This document shows positions 39,543 through 53,834 of a DNA stretch of 64,000 nucleotides, in pieces. This stretch comes from Octopus vulgaris (taxonomy: Eukaryota). The notes under the pieces were generated by a model. That model saw only the letters and a list, made by a program, of their open reading frames with translations. It did no database searches and was not told where the DNA came from. Each line of letters begins with the position of its first letter. Position 1 is the first letter of the stretch. A program made the translations under genes and the position numbers. The stretch is taken from positions 930,001 to 994,000 of the forward strand of contig OX597833.1 in the NCBI GenBank assembly GCA_951406725.2. The letters are read 5' to 3'.

Positions 39543-39559
39543 ATATACTTACTTTTTTC

Positions 39560-39771
39560 TCTTTACTTGTTTCAGTCAGTTTGACTGCGGCCATGCTGGA
39601 GCACCGCCTTTTAGTCGAGCAAATCGACCCCGGAACTTATTCTTTGTAAGCCCAGTACTTATTCTATCGAACTCTTTTGCCGAACCGCTAAGTGACTGAG
39701 ACGTAAACACACCAGCGTCGGTTGTCAAGCAATGCTAGAGGGACAAACACAGACACACAAACATATACACA

Positions 39772-39816
<45 letters not shown>

Positions 39817-39949
39817 GACAGGCTTCTTTCAGTTTCCGTCTACCAAATCCACTCACAAGGCTTTGGTCGGCCCGAGGCTATAGCAGTGGGACTGAACCCG
39901 GAACCATGTGGTTGGTTAGCAAGTTACTTACCACACAGCCACTCCTGCG

Positions 39950-39952
<3 letters not shown>
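39560..39952 (-). mobile_element. Family-A SINE in intron 2 of gene A
   Basis: Consensus match with a small internal deletion. Confidence 0.85.
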
Positions 39953-40016
<64 letters not shown>

Positions 40017-40297
40017 ATGATTGTATATGTATATGTATATGTATATACTTATATATTTCGCTAACCGGGCGAAATGCTTAGCAGTATTTCGTCTGCCGCT
40101 ACGTTCTGAGTTCAAATTCCGTCGACTTAATTCCTTTGTCTGTCCTTGTTTGTCCCCTCTATGTTTAGCCTCTTGTGTACAATAAGGAAATATATATATA
40201 CATACATACATACACACATACAATGAAGGCTTTGAATGACTCGTTTGTTTTTTTGTTCGTCCCTTCGTGTATTTCACGTTATTTATTTATGTAAAGG

Positions 40298-40374
<77 letters not shown>

Positions 40375-41026
40375 AAATAAACAACAAAATAATCACCCCA
40401 TTTTGAATTATATGGATAATACCATAGTATATTCTGGTGCCTTGAACTTAAGTTACATATTCATCTGAATCTAAATTTTACTGAACTTATATACAAAAGA
40501 CGAAAAAATTAAATTTTCTACCACGTAGATGTGAGGAAACGCTCAGATATCGAGCTTTAACTGCGAGCGTTTTAAAAACGTTATTCAGAGCGGGTTATCT
40601 TCCCTTGGACAAAAGTATAAGAACCCCTTACAAACCCGAACCCTCCTAACCAGCAAATGGAGACTTCCAGTTCTCTGTTAGATCCCGGTACCTGAGCGTT
40701 TCCCGTTTCCAAATGTCCGCATGGTAGAAAGTTGTGGCATTCATGGTTACGAAACCATTGGTCTCTCTATGACCAGAATTTAACTTTCCGTTTTAAGAAT
40801 TACTGCTTCTTTTCTGATATATGCTTTATTGAAATGCTCGAAATGAGGAGTAGATAGACAGCAGACAACTGATGAAGGATTTGTTCTCTGTGTTCACTTA
40901 TCCTGTTCCCCATTTTTTCTCTCGCTGTTTGCGAACTTAACTTGCTTGTTTTCGTATTTCATGTTGTTTACACAGTTGTTTACAAAATTCACGGAACGAT
41001 GTCAAGCGTTGCTGACAGGCTGACCG

Positions 41027-41052
41027 CAATAATAATAATAATGATAATAATA

Positions 41053-41083
<31 letters not shown>

Positions 41084-41096
41084 TAATAATAGTAAC

Positions 41097-41152
<56 letters not shown>

Positions 41153-41299
41153 TCATAATAATAATAATAATAATAATAACAATAATAATAATAATAATAA
41201 TAACAGCAACAACAACAATAACAATAATAATAATAATAATAATAATAATATTAATAATAATAATAATAATAATAGTAATAATAATAATAACGATAATGC

Positions 41300-41332
<33 letters not shown>

Positions 41333-41376
41333 TAATAATAATAATAATAATAACAACAATAATAATAATAATAATA

Positions 41377-41438
<62 letters not shown>

Positions 41439-41525
41439 AATAATAATAATAATAATAATAATTAATTGTTATCGCCATATTAATATGGCATTCTTATATA
41501 GAGACTTAGTAATTTTAATATTTCT

Positions 41526-41607
<82 letters not shown>

Positions 41608-42194
41608 GCCCTGATGCAGTACCAGGCAGTGGCTCTCATGGCTTCTCATCTTAACTGATTGGAAGTGCTATCATGTACATTGTTTTGTCTTGGTATAAAA
41701 GATGGGCTACAGCAAATATTCTGCTCAATACCACAGATTTGCTTGTCAGTTGTTTGACCTTAACCAGTTGAGCATGCCCCTTAGTGGTTGACGATATGTG
41801 CATCTCTGATCACGAGCAGAAGTAGAGGGGGAGCATCATAGCCATGTGTTGAGAGGGATTCTTTGGGGTTTGAATAATTCATCTCTGGAAACATGGGTGT
41901 TTCGTTCAAATTCCTTAAATAACTTTTATTCAGGGACCTTTTGAGCGGGATGGGTTACTCGATCTGAAGAAAATTCTAACAGGGCCTCACTTGGAAGGTC
42001 ATGTGCTGTTTATCTTGATATGAGATCACCATGTTACGCACATATGGTTGTGATGCATGTGCCTGATGTACCCTTATCAGACGGGTAGTCATGATGGGTA
42101 TACTGGGCTTCGTATATTTTACCCCAGTGTCACTTTGATGGAATGCACTGATCTCTCACTCAATAATAATAATAATGATGATGATGATGATTAC

Positions 42195-42236
<42 letters not shown>

Positions 42237-42250
42237 AATGATAATGATGA
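41027..42250. repeat. (AAT)n/(GAT)n array with an embedded ~550-bp dispersed element (41606-42161)
   Basis: Microsatellite seen directly. The end of the embedded element (TAGTCATGATGGGTATA...ACCCCAGTGT...CACTCAATAAT) recurs at 23503-23580 in gene B. Confidence 0.8.
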
Positions 42251-42345
42251 TTTCTGAAACACAACACTACAAATTTTGTGAAGGTTTCAATTTTAAATGT
42301 AATAGTGTTGAACAGTGGAAATTATGACGAAGATGGTGAACTTAC

Positions 42346-42675
42346 CTTTTAGAACCATTGAAGCGGAAACATCTTTGTCTGATAAAGAACATCTGTATGA
42401 TGTCGCATCCTTGCAATTGAGGTTCCTTTTGAGGCAGTTAACCACGCCACTATTCTGATCAGGTCTTGGAATCATGCAGTCGAAATCTTTCTTTTTTATT
42501 TCAGCTACAAAGTCTCTAGAAGCTTTGGCGCGTACCATCTTCACTACAGTAGTTCCATTTTGCAACAGAATGAACGATTTAAAATCCTTCGTGCTATATT
42601 GACATGTAATATTCATAATAGTTGGCTTTCCGACAGCAAAACCATCAGCAGGCTCTAGTTGTACGTTTGGGAAAA
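42346..42675 (-). CDS. Gene A exon 2: V-like Ig domain
   Basis: ttttttctcgtatag acceptor and gtaagt donor, 330 nt; VFPNVQLEPADGFAVG...ITC...FILLQNG...FDC...VNCLKRNLNCKDATSYRCS. Confidence 0.88.
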
Positions 42676-42770
42676 CTATACGAGAAAAAAGAAAATGGAA
42701 GGAGGAAAATTTATCAGGCATATATGTTGATCAAGGTAAGTCAGTTAGTCATTAAGGAAAGAAGTAAGCC

Positions 42771-43230
42771 AGAAGAAGAAGAAGAAGAAGAAGAAGGAGA
42801 AGAAGAAGAAGAAAAAGAAGAAGTGAGAAGAAGAAGAAGAAGAAGGAGGAGAAGAAGAAGAAGAAGAAGAAGAAGGAGGAGAAGAAGGAGGAGAAGGAGA
42901 AGGAGAAGAAGAAGAAGAAGAAGGAGAAGGAGGAGGAGAAGAAGAAGAAGAAGAAGAAGAAGAAGAAGAAGAAGAAGAAGAAGAAGAAGAAGAAGAAGAA
43001 GAAGAAAAAGAGAAAAAGAAGAAGAAGAAGAAAAAGAAGAAGAAGGAGAAGAAGGAGGAGAAGGAGAAGGAGAAGGAGGAGAAGGAGAAGAAGAAGAAGA
43101 AGAAGAAGAAGAAGAAGAAGAAGAAGAAGAAGAAAAAGGAGAAGAAGAATATGAAACTGTAGTGGAAGCAAAAAAAAGGAGAAACGTAGGGGAGGAGAAG
43201 AAGAAGAAAAAAAATTAGAAAAAGAAGAAG
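42771..43230. repeat. (GAA/GGA)n tract in intron 1 of gene A
   Basis: Seen directly. Confidence 0.95.
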
Positions 43231-43349
43231 ATAAACGAGGAGTCGATGAGAGCAAACGAGAATTCTTAAGACAAGAATTACGATTATTGCATACGTGCTC
43301 CAGCATGGCCGCAATCAAATGGCTGAAGCTGGTAAAAGAGTAAATGGAA

Positions 43350-43728
43350 GCACTCCGTCGGTTACGACGATGAGGGTTCCGGTTGATCCGAATCAACGGA
43401 ATAGCCTGCTCGTGAAATTAACGTGTAAGTGGCTGAGCACTCCACAGACACGTGTACCCTTAACGTAGTTCTCGGGGATATTCAGCATGACACAGAGAGT
43501 GACAAGGCCGGCTCTTTGAAATACAGGTACAACAGAAACAGGAAGTAAGAGTGAGAGAAAGTTGTGGTGAAAGAGTACAGCAGGGATCACCACCATCCCC
43601 TGCCGGAGCCTCGTGGAGCTTTAGGTGTTTTCGCTCAATAAACACTCACAACGCCCGGTCTGGGAATCGAAACCGCGATCCTATGACCGCGAGTCCGCTG
43701 CCCTAACCACTGGGCCATTGCGCCTCCA
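43350..43728 (-). mobile_element. tRNA-derived SINE family C
   Basis: Head TGGAGGCGCAATGGCCCAGTGGTTAGGGCAGCGGACTCGCGGTCATAGGATCGCGGTTTCGATTCC with A/B boxes; second copy at 46238-46616. Confidence 0.85.
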
Positions 43729-44084
43729 AAAGAGTAAAAATAATATTTGGACTGGTGTCACGATGCTTCGGCTGTTGTATCCTTCGGACATCCCCAGGTC
43801 CTTATCGTATTAAGAATCTGGCGACGAACCTTTTATTTAGTCTACTGGATCGGATCATCTTCGTTTAATTATTTACGTTGACAAGGGGATTTTCTCTTTA
43901 TTAATTAGTGGTTCTATTAATTTTCATGCAACCCTTTGGTTTAATTTGCTCATAAAAATCCTGTAAGCTTGACTAACTCAGGAATTGAACTTGACCCCGC
44001 TAGCTACAGTACCACACCTAACAGTGAACCAATGCTTATATTCTGTAGGACACTTAAGCCCGCTTTTTAATATCGTAGTTTTAT

Positions 44085-44291
44085 TACTCTTTTACTTGTT
44101 TCAGGCATTTGACTGCGGCCATGCTGGAGCATCGCCTTTAGTCGACCAAATCGACCCCGGGACTTATTCTTTGTAAGCCCAGTACTTATTCTATCGGTCT
44201 CTTTTGCCGAACCGCTAAGTGACGGCGACGTAAACACACCAGCATCGGTTGTCAAGCAATGCTAGGGGGACAAACACAGACACACAAACAT

Positions 44292-44322
<31 letters not shown>

Positions 44323-44493
44323 CATATATACGACAGGCTTCTTTCAGTTTCCGTCTACCAAATCCACTCACAAGGCATTGGTCGGCCCGGGGCTATAGCA
44401 GAAGACACTTGCCCAAGATGCCACGCAGTGGGACTGAACCCGGAACCATGTGGCTGGTTAACAAGCTACTTACCACACAGCCACTCCTGCGCC
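44085..44493 (-). mobile_element. Family-A SINE
   Basis: Consensus match. Confidence 0.9.
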
Positions 44494-44784
44494 TATTGTT
44501 ATTTTTCTTCATTTCTGTTTGGTAAATGAAGGACTGCCATAAAATGTTCATCGCTACGGTAGGCCTTCTGAGGAGCATATGTAAACTCTGAATTCGTTTT
44601 GTCGTCTGATCTTCCAGTTTTGTTCCTTGCACATTAATGTGACTTCGTTCCAGACAGATCGGTGTCTTCCATCTTCCCGAACCAAATGATTAGCCAGTCT
44701 TGATTTTACGGTCTCCTCACAGTCCAGCAGTTCATTTTGATGGAAGCAGGCCTCTCCTTCGCAACCACTGAAATAAATACCTGG

Positions 44785-45350
44785 TGGCGAGCTGGAAGAA
44801 ACGCTAGCGCGCTGGGCGAAATGCGTAACCGTATTTCGTCTGCCGTTACGTTCTGAGTTCAAATTCCGCCGAGGTCGACTTTACCATTCATCTTTTCGGG
44901 GTCGTTTAAATAACTACCAGTTACGCACTGGGGTTGATGTAATCGACTTAATCTGTTTGTCTGTCCTTGTTTGTCCTCTCTGTGTTTAGCCCCTTGTGGG
45001 TAGTAAAGAAATAGGTATTTCGTCTGCCGCTACGTTTTGAGTTCAAATTCCGCCGAGGTCGACTTTGCCTTTCATCCTTTCGGGATCGATTAAATAAGTA
45101 CCAGTTATGCACTGGGGTCGATATAATCGACTTAATCCGTTTGTCTGTCCTTGTTTGTCCTCTGTGTGTTTAGCCCCTTTTGGGTAGTAAAGAAATAGGT
45201 ATTTCGTCTGCTGTTACGTTCTGAGTTCAAATTCAGCCGAGGTCGACTTTGCCTTTCATCCTTTCGGGGTCGATGTAATCGATTTAATCCCTTTGTCTGT
45301 CTTTGTTTGTCCCCTCTATGTTTAGCCCCTTGTGGGTAATAAAGAAATAT
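44785..45350 (+). mobile_element. Family-B SINE trimer
   Basis: One head plus three bodies, the last internally deleted. Confidence 0.85.
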
Positions 45351-46237
45351 AAAATAAATACCTCAGACGGAATACAAACATTAATTAAATCGACATACCA
45401 ATTAATTTTTACTGATTCTGAGTGGCTAATTGCACAACTAGTTAGTTTCTGTAATTAGCTGAACGTTGTGAGTTACATATTGATAGTAATGTTGAGACAA
45501 ATAGTCTGCCCTCACCTTAGGTCAGACATCGCAGTCATGAAAACCTACACCTTCCAGAACTGATGAGATGTGAAAATGTTGGCTGTCTTTTTTGATTGAA
45601 TAGGTAGGCATTTTTAATCATGCGTACGTTCAGCGGGTTAAGACAGTATAAAGAAAGAGAATCGAGGCATAGAAAAGAAAGAAGATTGAGGCATGGACAA
45701 AACAAAATTCTGGAAGTTGTACTCCGACAAGATTCCTGCCTACGTTGTAAGCTTTTCTGTTACATTTTAGCAAAGCATTGTCTTTTTTTTTTCCATTTTC
45801 GTCCTCTGCGGACTTCTCTTCTCAAAGTTGAGTTCCAAAATGAAACATTATTGATTTCAGACGATTAAGAAAAGTCGAAGCTAATAAGCTACAATAAATG
45901 TGCGCTAATTCTGAAAATCGTTTCAGGTGCTGTTCGGACTTGGGGAACATTTTAGAGATTTTGTATCACTATTTCATGGAAATATTTTGAAAACTATTGA
46001 AAAGGTTGTGAGACGCAACGAAAATTTTAGAAAAATAAAGAAGGAAATGAGTGGAAATTTTACCGGTGAGTGTGTTAAATTATACGGCACTAAAAGAGAA
46101 TGACCCTCCCCAGACACAATAGAATTTTGAAAAAGTTATATCCGATTAAACTGTAAACAAGGAATTTTTGATAACGTATAGCATCGCTTTTCACATCATA
46201 CGTTCTTATATATATTTACACGTAACTATCGCGTGGC

Positions 46238-46616
46238 TCTCCGTCGGTTGCGACGACGAGGGGTTCCAGTTGATCCGAATCAACGGAACAGCCTGCTCGT
46301 GAAATTAACGTGCAAGTGGCTGAGCACTCCACAGACACGTGTACCCTTAATGTAGTTTTCAGGGAGATTCAGCGTGGCACAGATTGTGACAAGACTGGCC
46401 CTTTGAAATACAGGTACAACAGAAATAGGAAGAAAGAGTGAGAGAAAGTTGTGGTGAAAGAGTACAGCAGGGTTCACCACCATCCCCTGCCGGAGCCTCG
46501 TGGAGTTTTAGGTTTTTTTCGCTCAATAAACACTTACAACGTCCGATCTGGGAATCGCAACCGCGATCCTATGACCACGAGTCGGCTACCCTAACCACTG
46601 GGCCATTGCGCCTCCA
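46238..46616 (-). mobile_element. Family-C SINE
   Basis: Closely similar to 43350-43728 over its length. Confidence 0.85.
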
Positions 46617-47031
46617 CACACGTAACTATACAGTTTTTTTTAATATAGTTTTTTTATTTTTATATATAGTTTGATCTAGACTACAATATAGAGAGTAGCC
46701 ATCTTTTTCAGGACGGCTGAGCCTGGTTTGATGAGGAAATGGATTTTATATTTTGTAGGTCAAATGGTTCCACAGTATGATGTAATGTCTAGTTGAGAGT
46801 TTTAACGTGATGTTTGTTGTGTGGTTTGTTTGGGTCCCGTTGAGATCAACTTTGTCTTATGGGGAAGAGAGAGGATACGTAATGTATTAGTCCCGGACTG
46901 GATCGATTAATCTCTCCTTTCTTTCAGGAATAAATCAGCCGACGTGTCACATCTAAAGAGGGGATCGACTCCACAAGCATTAAAATCCCAAAGACAGGCT
47001 GTAGTCACAACGGCGTCCGAGAGAGAGAGAA

Positions 47032-47144
<113 letters not shown>

Positions 47145-47242
47145 CAGAGAGAGATGGGCAGGAAGAGATAGCGAATGGGAGAGCGGGAGGAGAGGAAGAA
47201 AGGTAAGACCTGAGAAAATAAATTTCTTGTCTTTTTACTTAC

Positions 47243-47363
47243 CGGCCGAAGTGCCAGAGAACATCATCACTGTCATCACCATCATCGACATCAGCAGTTG
47301 GCTAGGCAGACGGGAAGAACGCCATGTCAGCTCACCGAGAACAACGTAACCACGAGACATCAT
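47243..47363 (-). CDS. Gene A exon 1 (signal peptide)
   Basis: MMSRGYVVLGELTWRSSRLPSQLLMSMMVMTVMMFSGTSA plus G|gtaagt. Confidence 0.88.
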
Positions 47364-47429
47364 ATTCGATCGGGAATAAAATATAAATGTTAGAGACCTT
47401 TGCAGGAGTTCGTCGGGTCTAACTATATT

Positions 47430-47613
47430 ATTCGTGGTGTAACGGAGTTAATTTATTAGCAGCTATGAACAGGTACCAAACCGACAGACAGGTTATATAG
47501 ATCACAGTGGTTGTGCAAGTGAAGCTGTTGCAGGTGAGGCAACTAACAAAGGAATTTCATGGTTAGTGTGATAATCACGTGACACCTGTTTTTAATTTCA
47601 TTAGAAGCATTTC
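47430..47613 (-). promoter_or_regulatory. Conserved proximal promoter block of gene A
   Basis: TGATAATCACGTGAC (TCACGTGA at 47575-47582) and AAGTGAA at 47517-47523; aligns with B and C. Confidence 0.55.
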
Positions 47614-47700
47614 AATGGAAGCTCAACTCCTCCACTCCAATACATCTAAATTTAGACACATACATACATACATACATACATACATACATACATACATACA

Positions 47701-47789
<89 letters not shown>

Positions 47790-48300
47790 AACTTAGTTTG
47801 ATTAGAAAACCCCACTAGAATGGGAGAAAGCGCTAATACATGATCTAAGTTATATGATGTATAAAAACATGTAATATACAAATAAATATCTGTAAATATA
47901 AACCATCCGATTTTCTGAGTACCTCATTTCTTCTAATATGTATATATATTTATATATATATATTGGCCTGCTATCGCCTGTGTCATTGCTCTTTATTCTT
48001 AATATACAGTCTTCTGGTCTCAGATTTGAGTAGATGATAAAAAGAGAAATAAAACTGGATATGAATTACAACCCCCATGACCCCACTATGTTCCATGCTA
48101 TTCTAAGAAACTGTAGTCTGTTTTCTTAGCCATTCTTGCTACAATACTGAGAATATGAATTTATTTCATCTTCTTGTTCTGTTAGAATAGTTCAGAAAAA
48201 TTATTTTAATGCATCTTACCTGTTGAAATTCCATATTTTGTGTAGCTGAAGATAGCGCTCTAGTTAAACTGATGTATTGATTGCGTTGTTCAATTATATA

Positions 48301-49551
48301 TAGAAGGGTTGGACAAAATAATGGAAATATTTTAAATTTCAAATTTATTTTAATATGAGGTAGGACCACATTTGGCAGTAATTACAGCTTAAATTCTACG
48401 AGATATGGACTCGTACAAAGTTTGAATTGTTTCCAAAGGATTTTTGTCCATTCTTCAGCTAAAACAGTCTCCTGTTCTTGTAGTGATGATGGTGGAGGGT
48501 ATCGACTCCTTACTTGTTTTTCTAACGTGCACCGTAAATGTTCAAAGATATTGAGATCTGGGGACTGTGGTGGCCAGATAAGATGGTCAACTTCACAAGA
48601 ATGTTCTTCGTGCCATTCAGTAACAACTTCAGCTGTGTGAATTGATGCATTATCATCCTGAAAGATAGCGTTTCCCTCCGGAAACAGTTCCGCAAACATA
48701 GGATGAATTTGATCAGATAAAATGCTTAAATAGCCTTGACTATTAATTCTACCACGAAGGGAAACCATTGGACCGGCGGATTTCCAAGATATAGCACACC
48801 CCTGATCATTACAGATCATACTCCATGTTTAACAGTTGGAAGAAGGCAGTCTGGGTCAAATGATTCATTTGGCTGTCTCCACATGTATACTCGGCCGGTG
48901 GCCGGAAAAAGGTAAAGGATGACTCGTCCGAGAGAATAACATTCTTCCACTGCTCTAGGGACCAATTCTGTAGGTTTTTACTCTACTCTAAAAGCTTTGC
49001 AACGTTTGATTTTGAAAGTAGTGGCTTTCTGGTTGCAGCCCTCCTAAGAAATCCGGCTTTGTGCAGCTCCCGGCGAACAATTTTTGTGGAAACTCGGTTC
49101 TCGAGGTGGTCATTAAGCTCTGCAGTAATTTTGGGAGCTGCACTTTTGTGATCCTTTCTAACAATTCGAGTAAGATCTGACAGTTCCTATCTAAAAGTTT
49201 TGGTTTTCTTCTAGAGTTTTGTTTCGACGAGAAGGTTTGTCCCTCTTTCCCAAAGGCTGTCATTACTTTCGAAATAGTACTTCTTGATACACCAAACATT
49301 TCAGCTGTTTTCGTCATGCTAGCGACAGCCATACGAGCACCAACAATTTGATCTCTTTGAAAGTCCGATACAGCCGTGATTTTAATGAACTTTATTACCT
49401 TTTTCTGATGATATCTGAAAAAAAAAACTGTAAGTTTAGCAATACTAATAATAAATCAAAAAGCAAAAATAAACAAGCTTTTAACGGTTTTATAGATATT
49501 TCAAAATTATGATGCTATAATGCTAGGTGTTTCCTTTATTTTGTCCAACCC

Positions 49552-49554
<3 letters not shown>
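48301..49554 (-). mobile_element. Tc1-like DNA transposon with a pseudogenised transposase
   Basis: TIRs GGGTTGGACAAAATAA(T/A)GGAAA in TA context. HTH region TAEMFGVSRSTISKV and catalytic motifs FQDDNASIH and WPPQSPDLNIFEHL (DD34E type), broken by frameshifts. Confidence 0.9.
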
Positions 49555-49601
<47 letters not shown>

Positions 49602-49609
<8 letters not shown>

Positions 49610-50310
49610 TGATATCAAGGGTAATGAGAAATGTTAGAAATTTCTATTACCAGTAGCCTAGCGTGTAAGAATTTAGTCAATAGAATATATATTATTCATA
49701 TAAATACAGTGTACATTTAAACACATAAGAGGCATCCATCATAGGGCTCTTTGCACGCCAGAGAGAACAGTTAAATTCCAAACCAAGAGTAGGGATAAAA
49801 TTTCGAAGGGAATGAAAAGTAAAAACATTTACCATCTAAGTTCTGGGCCAATGGTTTCAGACTTCTTTTAGCAAATAAAATAATTTGCTAGGCGAAGTCT
49901 TCTTCAGCAGGTACACCTTAGATTAAATATATATACAGGAGACAATCTAGTATATGCCCCGTGCTTATACATTCTAATTTTTTCAAATCTACCGCGCAAG
50001 CGCAGCTCCTTGTCGGTAGTAAATAAAATGCCGGCTTTTCAATTCAAAAATTATCTAGAAAATATTATCAGTAATTAATGATATCAGAGGGTAATCAGAA
50101 ATGTTAGAAATTTCCATTACCAGTGGCCTAGCGTGTAAAAATTTAGTCAATAGACTATGTATTATTCATATAAATACAGTGTACATTTAAACATATAAGA
50201 GGCATCCTTTACAGGACTCCTTGCACGCTAAAGAGAACAGTTAAATTCCAAATCATTAATAGGGATAAAATTTCGAAGGGAATAAAAAAGAAAAACATGA
50301 AAAATAAAAA
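49602..50310 (+). repeat. ~230-bp direct repeat (49602-49830 and 50072-50300)
   Basis: TAATTAATGATATCA...TTTCGAAGGGAAT occurs twice with scattered differences. Confidence 0.8.
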
Positions 50311-50408
50311 AATTACACACACACACACACACGTACACACATACACGCACGCACGCACGCACGCACGCACGCTCGCACGCACGCACACACACACACACAC
50401 ACACACAA

Positions 50409-51712
50409 ACATTATGACTGGGTGTTGAGGCAGTTACTCAACAACTCAAATGTGGACGTAATCTGCCTTGATTTTGCAAAAGCTGTTGACAAGGTGGATC
50501 ATGGTACGATATGCCACAACACAAACTGCGTGATCTCGGCATAGCTGGAAAACTTGGAGAGTGGTTACATGACTTTCTGAAAGAAAGAAGTCAGGCAGTA
50601 GTGGCTAATGGAGCCACCACTATGAACACACAAATAGTTAGTGGTGTTCCACAGGGCACTGTCTTGGGACCACTACTTTTTATAGTGGGCCTCTAAGATA
50701 TGCCCTCAAGAACCGGGATAGCACCCTTGCAAGCTACGCAGAAGATACGAAAGTCTCGCAGAAAATACAGAACACCAGCGATGTTGCACATCTGCAGCAG
50801 AAGTTGGACTCAGTTTACAGATGGGCTGAGGATAATAATATGCAGTTTAAGGATGAAAAATTCCAAACCCTGCTCTACCAGCGTCCAAAACTGAATATGA
50901 AACTTACAGGGTACACTGGTCCACATGGAATTTCAATCCCAGATCCTAAATCAGTGAGGGACCTGGGTATCGAAATGAGTAATGATACCTCTTTCCAAGT
51001 GCACATTGCCAGGATGGCGACAAAGTGCAGAAGACTGGCTGGATGGATCCTAAGAACATTCAGAACCAGAGATTAGGAAACCATGATGGTCCTTTGGCGG
51101 ACATTCGTCCTCAGCCGCCTGGATTACTGCTCACAGCTATGGTCACCCACCAGTATGAAATTAACAGCGGACCTTGAAGCAATCCAGAGAAGATTCACAA
51201 AGAAGATAGTCTCTTTGCAACAGCTCAGCTACTGGGAAAGGTTGAAACAGCTAAGACTCTACTCCCAGGAGAGAAGACGGGAGAGGTATGCAGTAATATA
51301 TATCTGGAAGATCCTGGAAGGAATTGTGCCAAATTTTGGCATTGAAAGCTACACCAATGCCAGAACAGGACGACACTGCATAGCGCGAAAGATCCCAGCA
51401 ACGCCATTGCGCTTCAGGACTAGTTACTGCAACAGCCTGGGTTTTAAGGGCCCACAGCTTTTTAATATTCTCCCAAAGAGTCTGAGGAACTTGCACAAAG
51501 TAGATGTAAGGGCTTTTAAATCAAAGCTGGATCTCTTCCTGTCGAGAGTCCCAGATGAACCTACCTCACGGCAAGAGGTGTAAATAAGGTTAGCTATATC
51601 AAACTTCATTCTTCACCAAGTGCGACATATTAGAGGAGGCTCTCAGTAATAACTCTGTAGCAAAGCGGCGGTGCATAAGCATGGCCACAGCTCTGAGCTG
51701 AAACTACAGAAA
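50409..51712 (+). mobile_element. 5'-truncated, decayed CR1-group LINE
   Basis: HYDWVL...DFAKAVD...[10 protein letters not shown]...[16 protein letters not shown] with stops and frameshifts, plus the shared 3' tail. Confidence 0.9.
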
Positions 51713-51742
51713 ATGAAAAAGAAATATATATATGTATGTATG

Positions 51743-51810
<68 letters not shown>

Positions 51811-52227
51811 TATAACTGGAAGGTTTACGAAAATAAACAAAAGACGAAGGCAGGTGGAGTACAAACAAACAAATGTATTAGTATGGGGTTCAGGAATAGA
51901 AAAAAGTCTTTTACATTTTGAGCCTACGCTCTTCGACAGAAAGATACACAGAAAAGAAACAAGGAGAGAAAAAAACAAGGAGATACATATTTGAATACGG
52001 AGCAAGTAATTCGCAAAAGATGATTTGCGAAGATATCATTGACTTTGTTATTACCTGGTGTAAGAATTTAAAAATGACAATAACAGAATTAATTACATAG
52101 GCGATTGCAGCCCCCATCCTGCAAGTACATCAAATAGTTGAAGGATTCAAATTAAAGGACACACTCTAAGTATGTTTACCTGCTAGAAAGAACAATCAAA
52201 ACTCTTATTTAAATCGCCAAAATATTG

Positions 52228-52607
52228 AGTGGCTGTGTGGTAAGTAGCTTGGTTCCGGGTTCAGTCCCACTGCGTGGCACCTTGGGCAAGTGTCTTCTGC
52301 TATAGCCCCGGGCCGACCAATGCCTTGTGAGTGGATTTGGTAGACGGAAACTGAAAGAAGCCCGTCGTATATATGTATACATATATGTGTGTGTTTGTGT
52401 GTCTGTGTTTGTCCCCCTAGCATTGCTTGACAACCGATGCTGGTGTGTTTACGTCGCCGTCACTTAGCGGTTCGGCAAAAAGAGACCGATTGAATAAGTA
52501 CTGGACTTACAAAAGAAAAAGTCCCGGGGTCGATTTGCTCGACTAAAAGGCGGTGCTCCAGCATGGCCGGAGTCAAATGACTGAAACAAGTAAAAGAGTT
52601 AAAGAGT
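52228..52607 (+). mobile_element. Family-A SINE
   Basis: Consensus match. Confidence 0.88.
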
Positions 52608-53797
52608 AATATCGGCGGCACCTTCACTTCCCACGCCGTCGTGCATTGAGAGTGAATCAGTTTTCTTTGTCTTCTTCGTCTAGACATTCAAATGAAAAGA
52701 ACTTAAACGTATATCAAGAGGTAACAATACTTAGTCAAGAGGTAAAGAGAAGGTAACGATTTTGATATCAGCAGGGGAGAATAATGGCAAATAATTAGAT
52801 AATTTAACGAAGGATACTAAAGAAAACTGGGAAAATTCAAAGGAATTTTATATGTACGATTCATTTCGTCTGTATGTCACGGATGAGAGAGAGACTACAA
52901 GTGAGGCATACAAAAAAGAGAAGAAAAGCAACGACTTTGAAATGAATTAGACTGAGATATGGAATGCATTTAAAGGTACAGAATACACTGAACCTCCATC
53001 CCGGGCAAGCACACACACACACACACGCATGCACACATACACACACACGCATACACACACACACACATCCGCAAATGCAGAACCGCACGTACCGAAGCAT
53101 ACATACATACATAGAGACACGTGCATACCGACGCAAGCATACGCACACATGCACACACAAATGCACAGCCATACATACACACATACGAAATTTGATACAC
53201 AAACATCTATACACAGAGGCAAGCATACACACATACACACACACACACCTTTACGCACTCGCGCACAGTTATTTCCACGCGAACATACGCATATACACAG
53301 TCACACACGTTCATACATACATACATACATACATACATACATACATACATACATACATACATACATACATACATGCATACATATTTTCATACATACATAT
53401 ATGCATACATACATACATACATATATACATACATATATACATACATACATACATGCATACATACATATATACATACATATATGCATACATACATACATAC
53501 ATATATACATACATGCATACATACATACATACATGCTTTGGTTTATCCTCTCAAATTACACCAAAATCTCAGACAATAATAATTAATATCGTATTTATTG
53601 TCTGTGAAAATTATAGAATATAAAACAACTTTGATAAAAACTTATTCCTACTTTTCTGACGAAAAGAATGCCGTTCTGAACATTTTGGCCGCAACTGTAT
53701 ATATATGTATGTACGCATGTATGTATGTATGTATGTATGTATGTATGTATGTATGTATGTATGTATGTATGTATGTATGTATGTATGTATGTATGTA

Positions 53798-53830
<33 letters not shown>

Positions 53831-53834
53831 ATGT

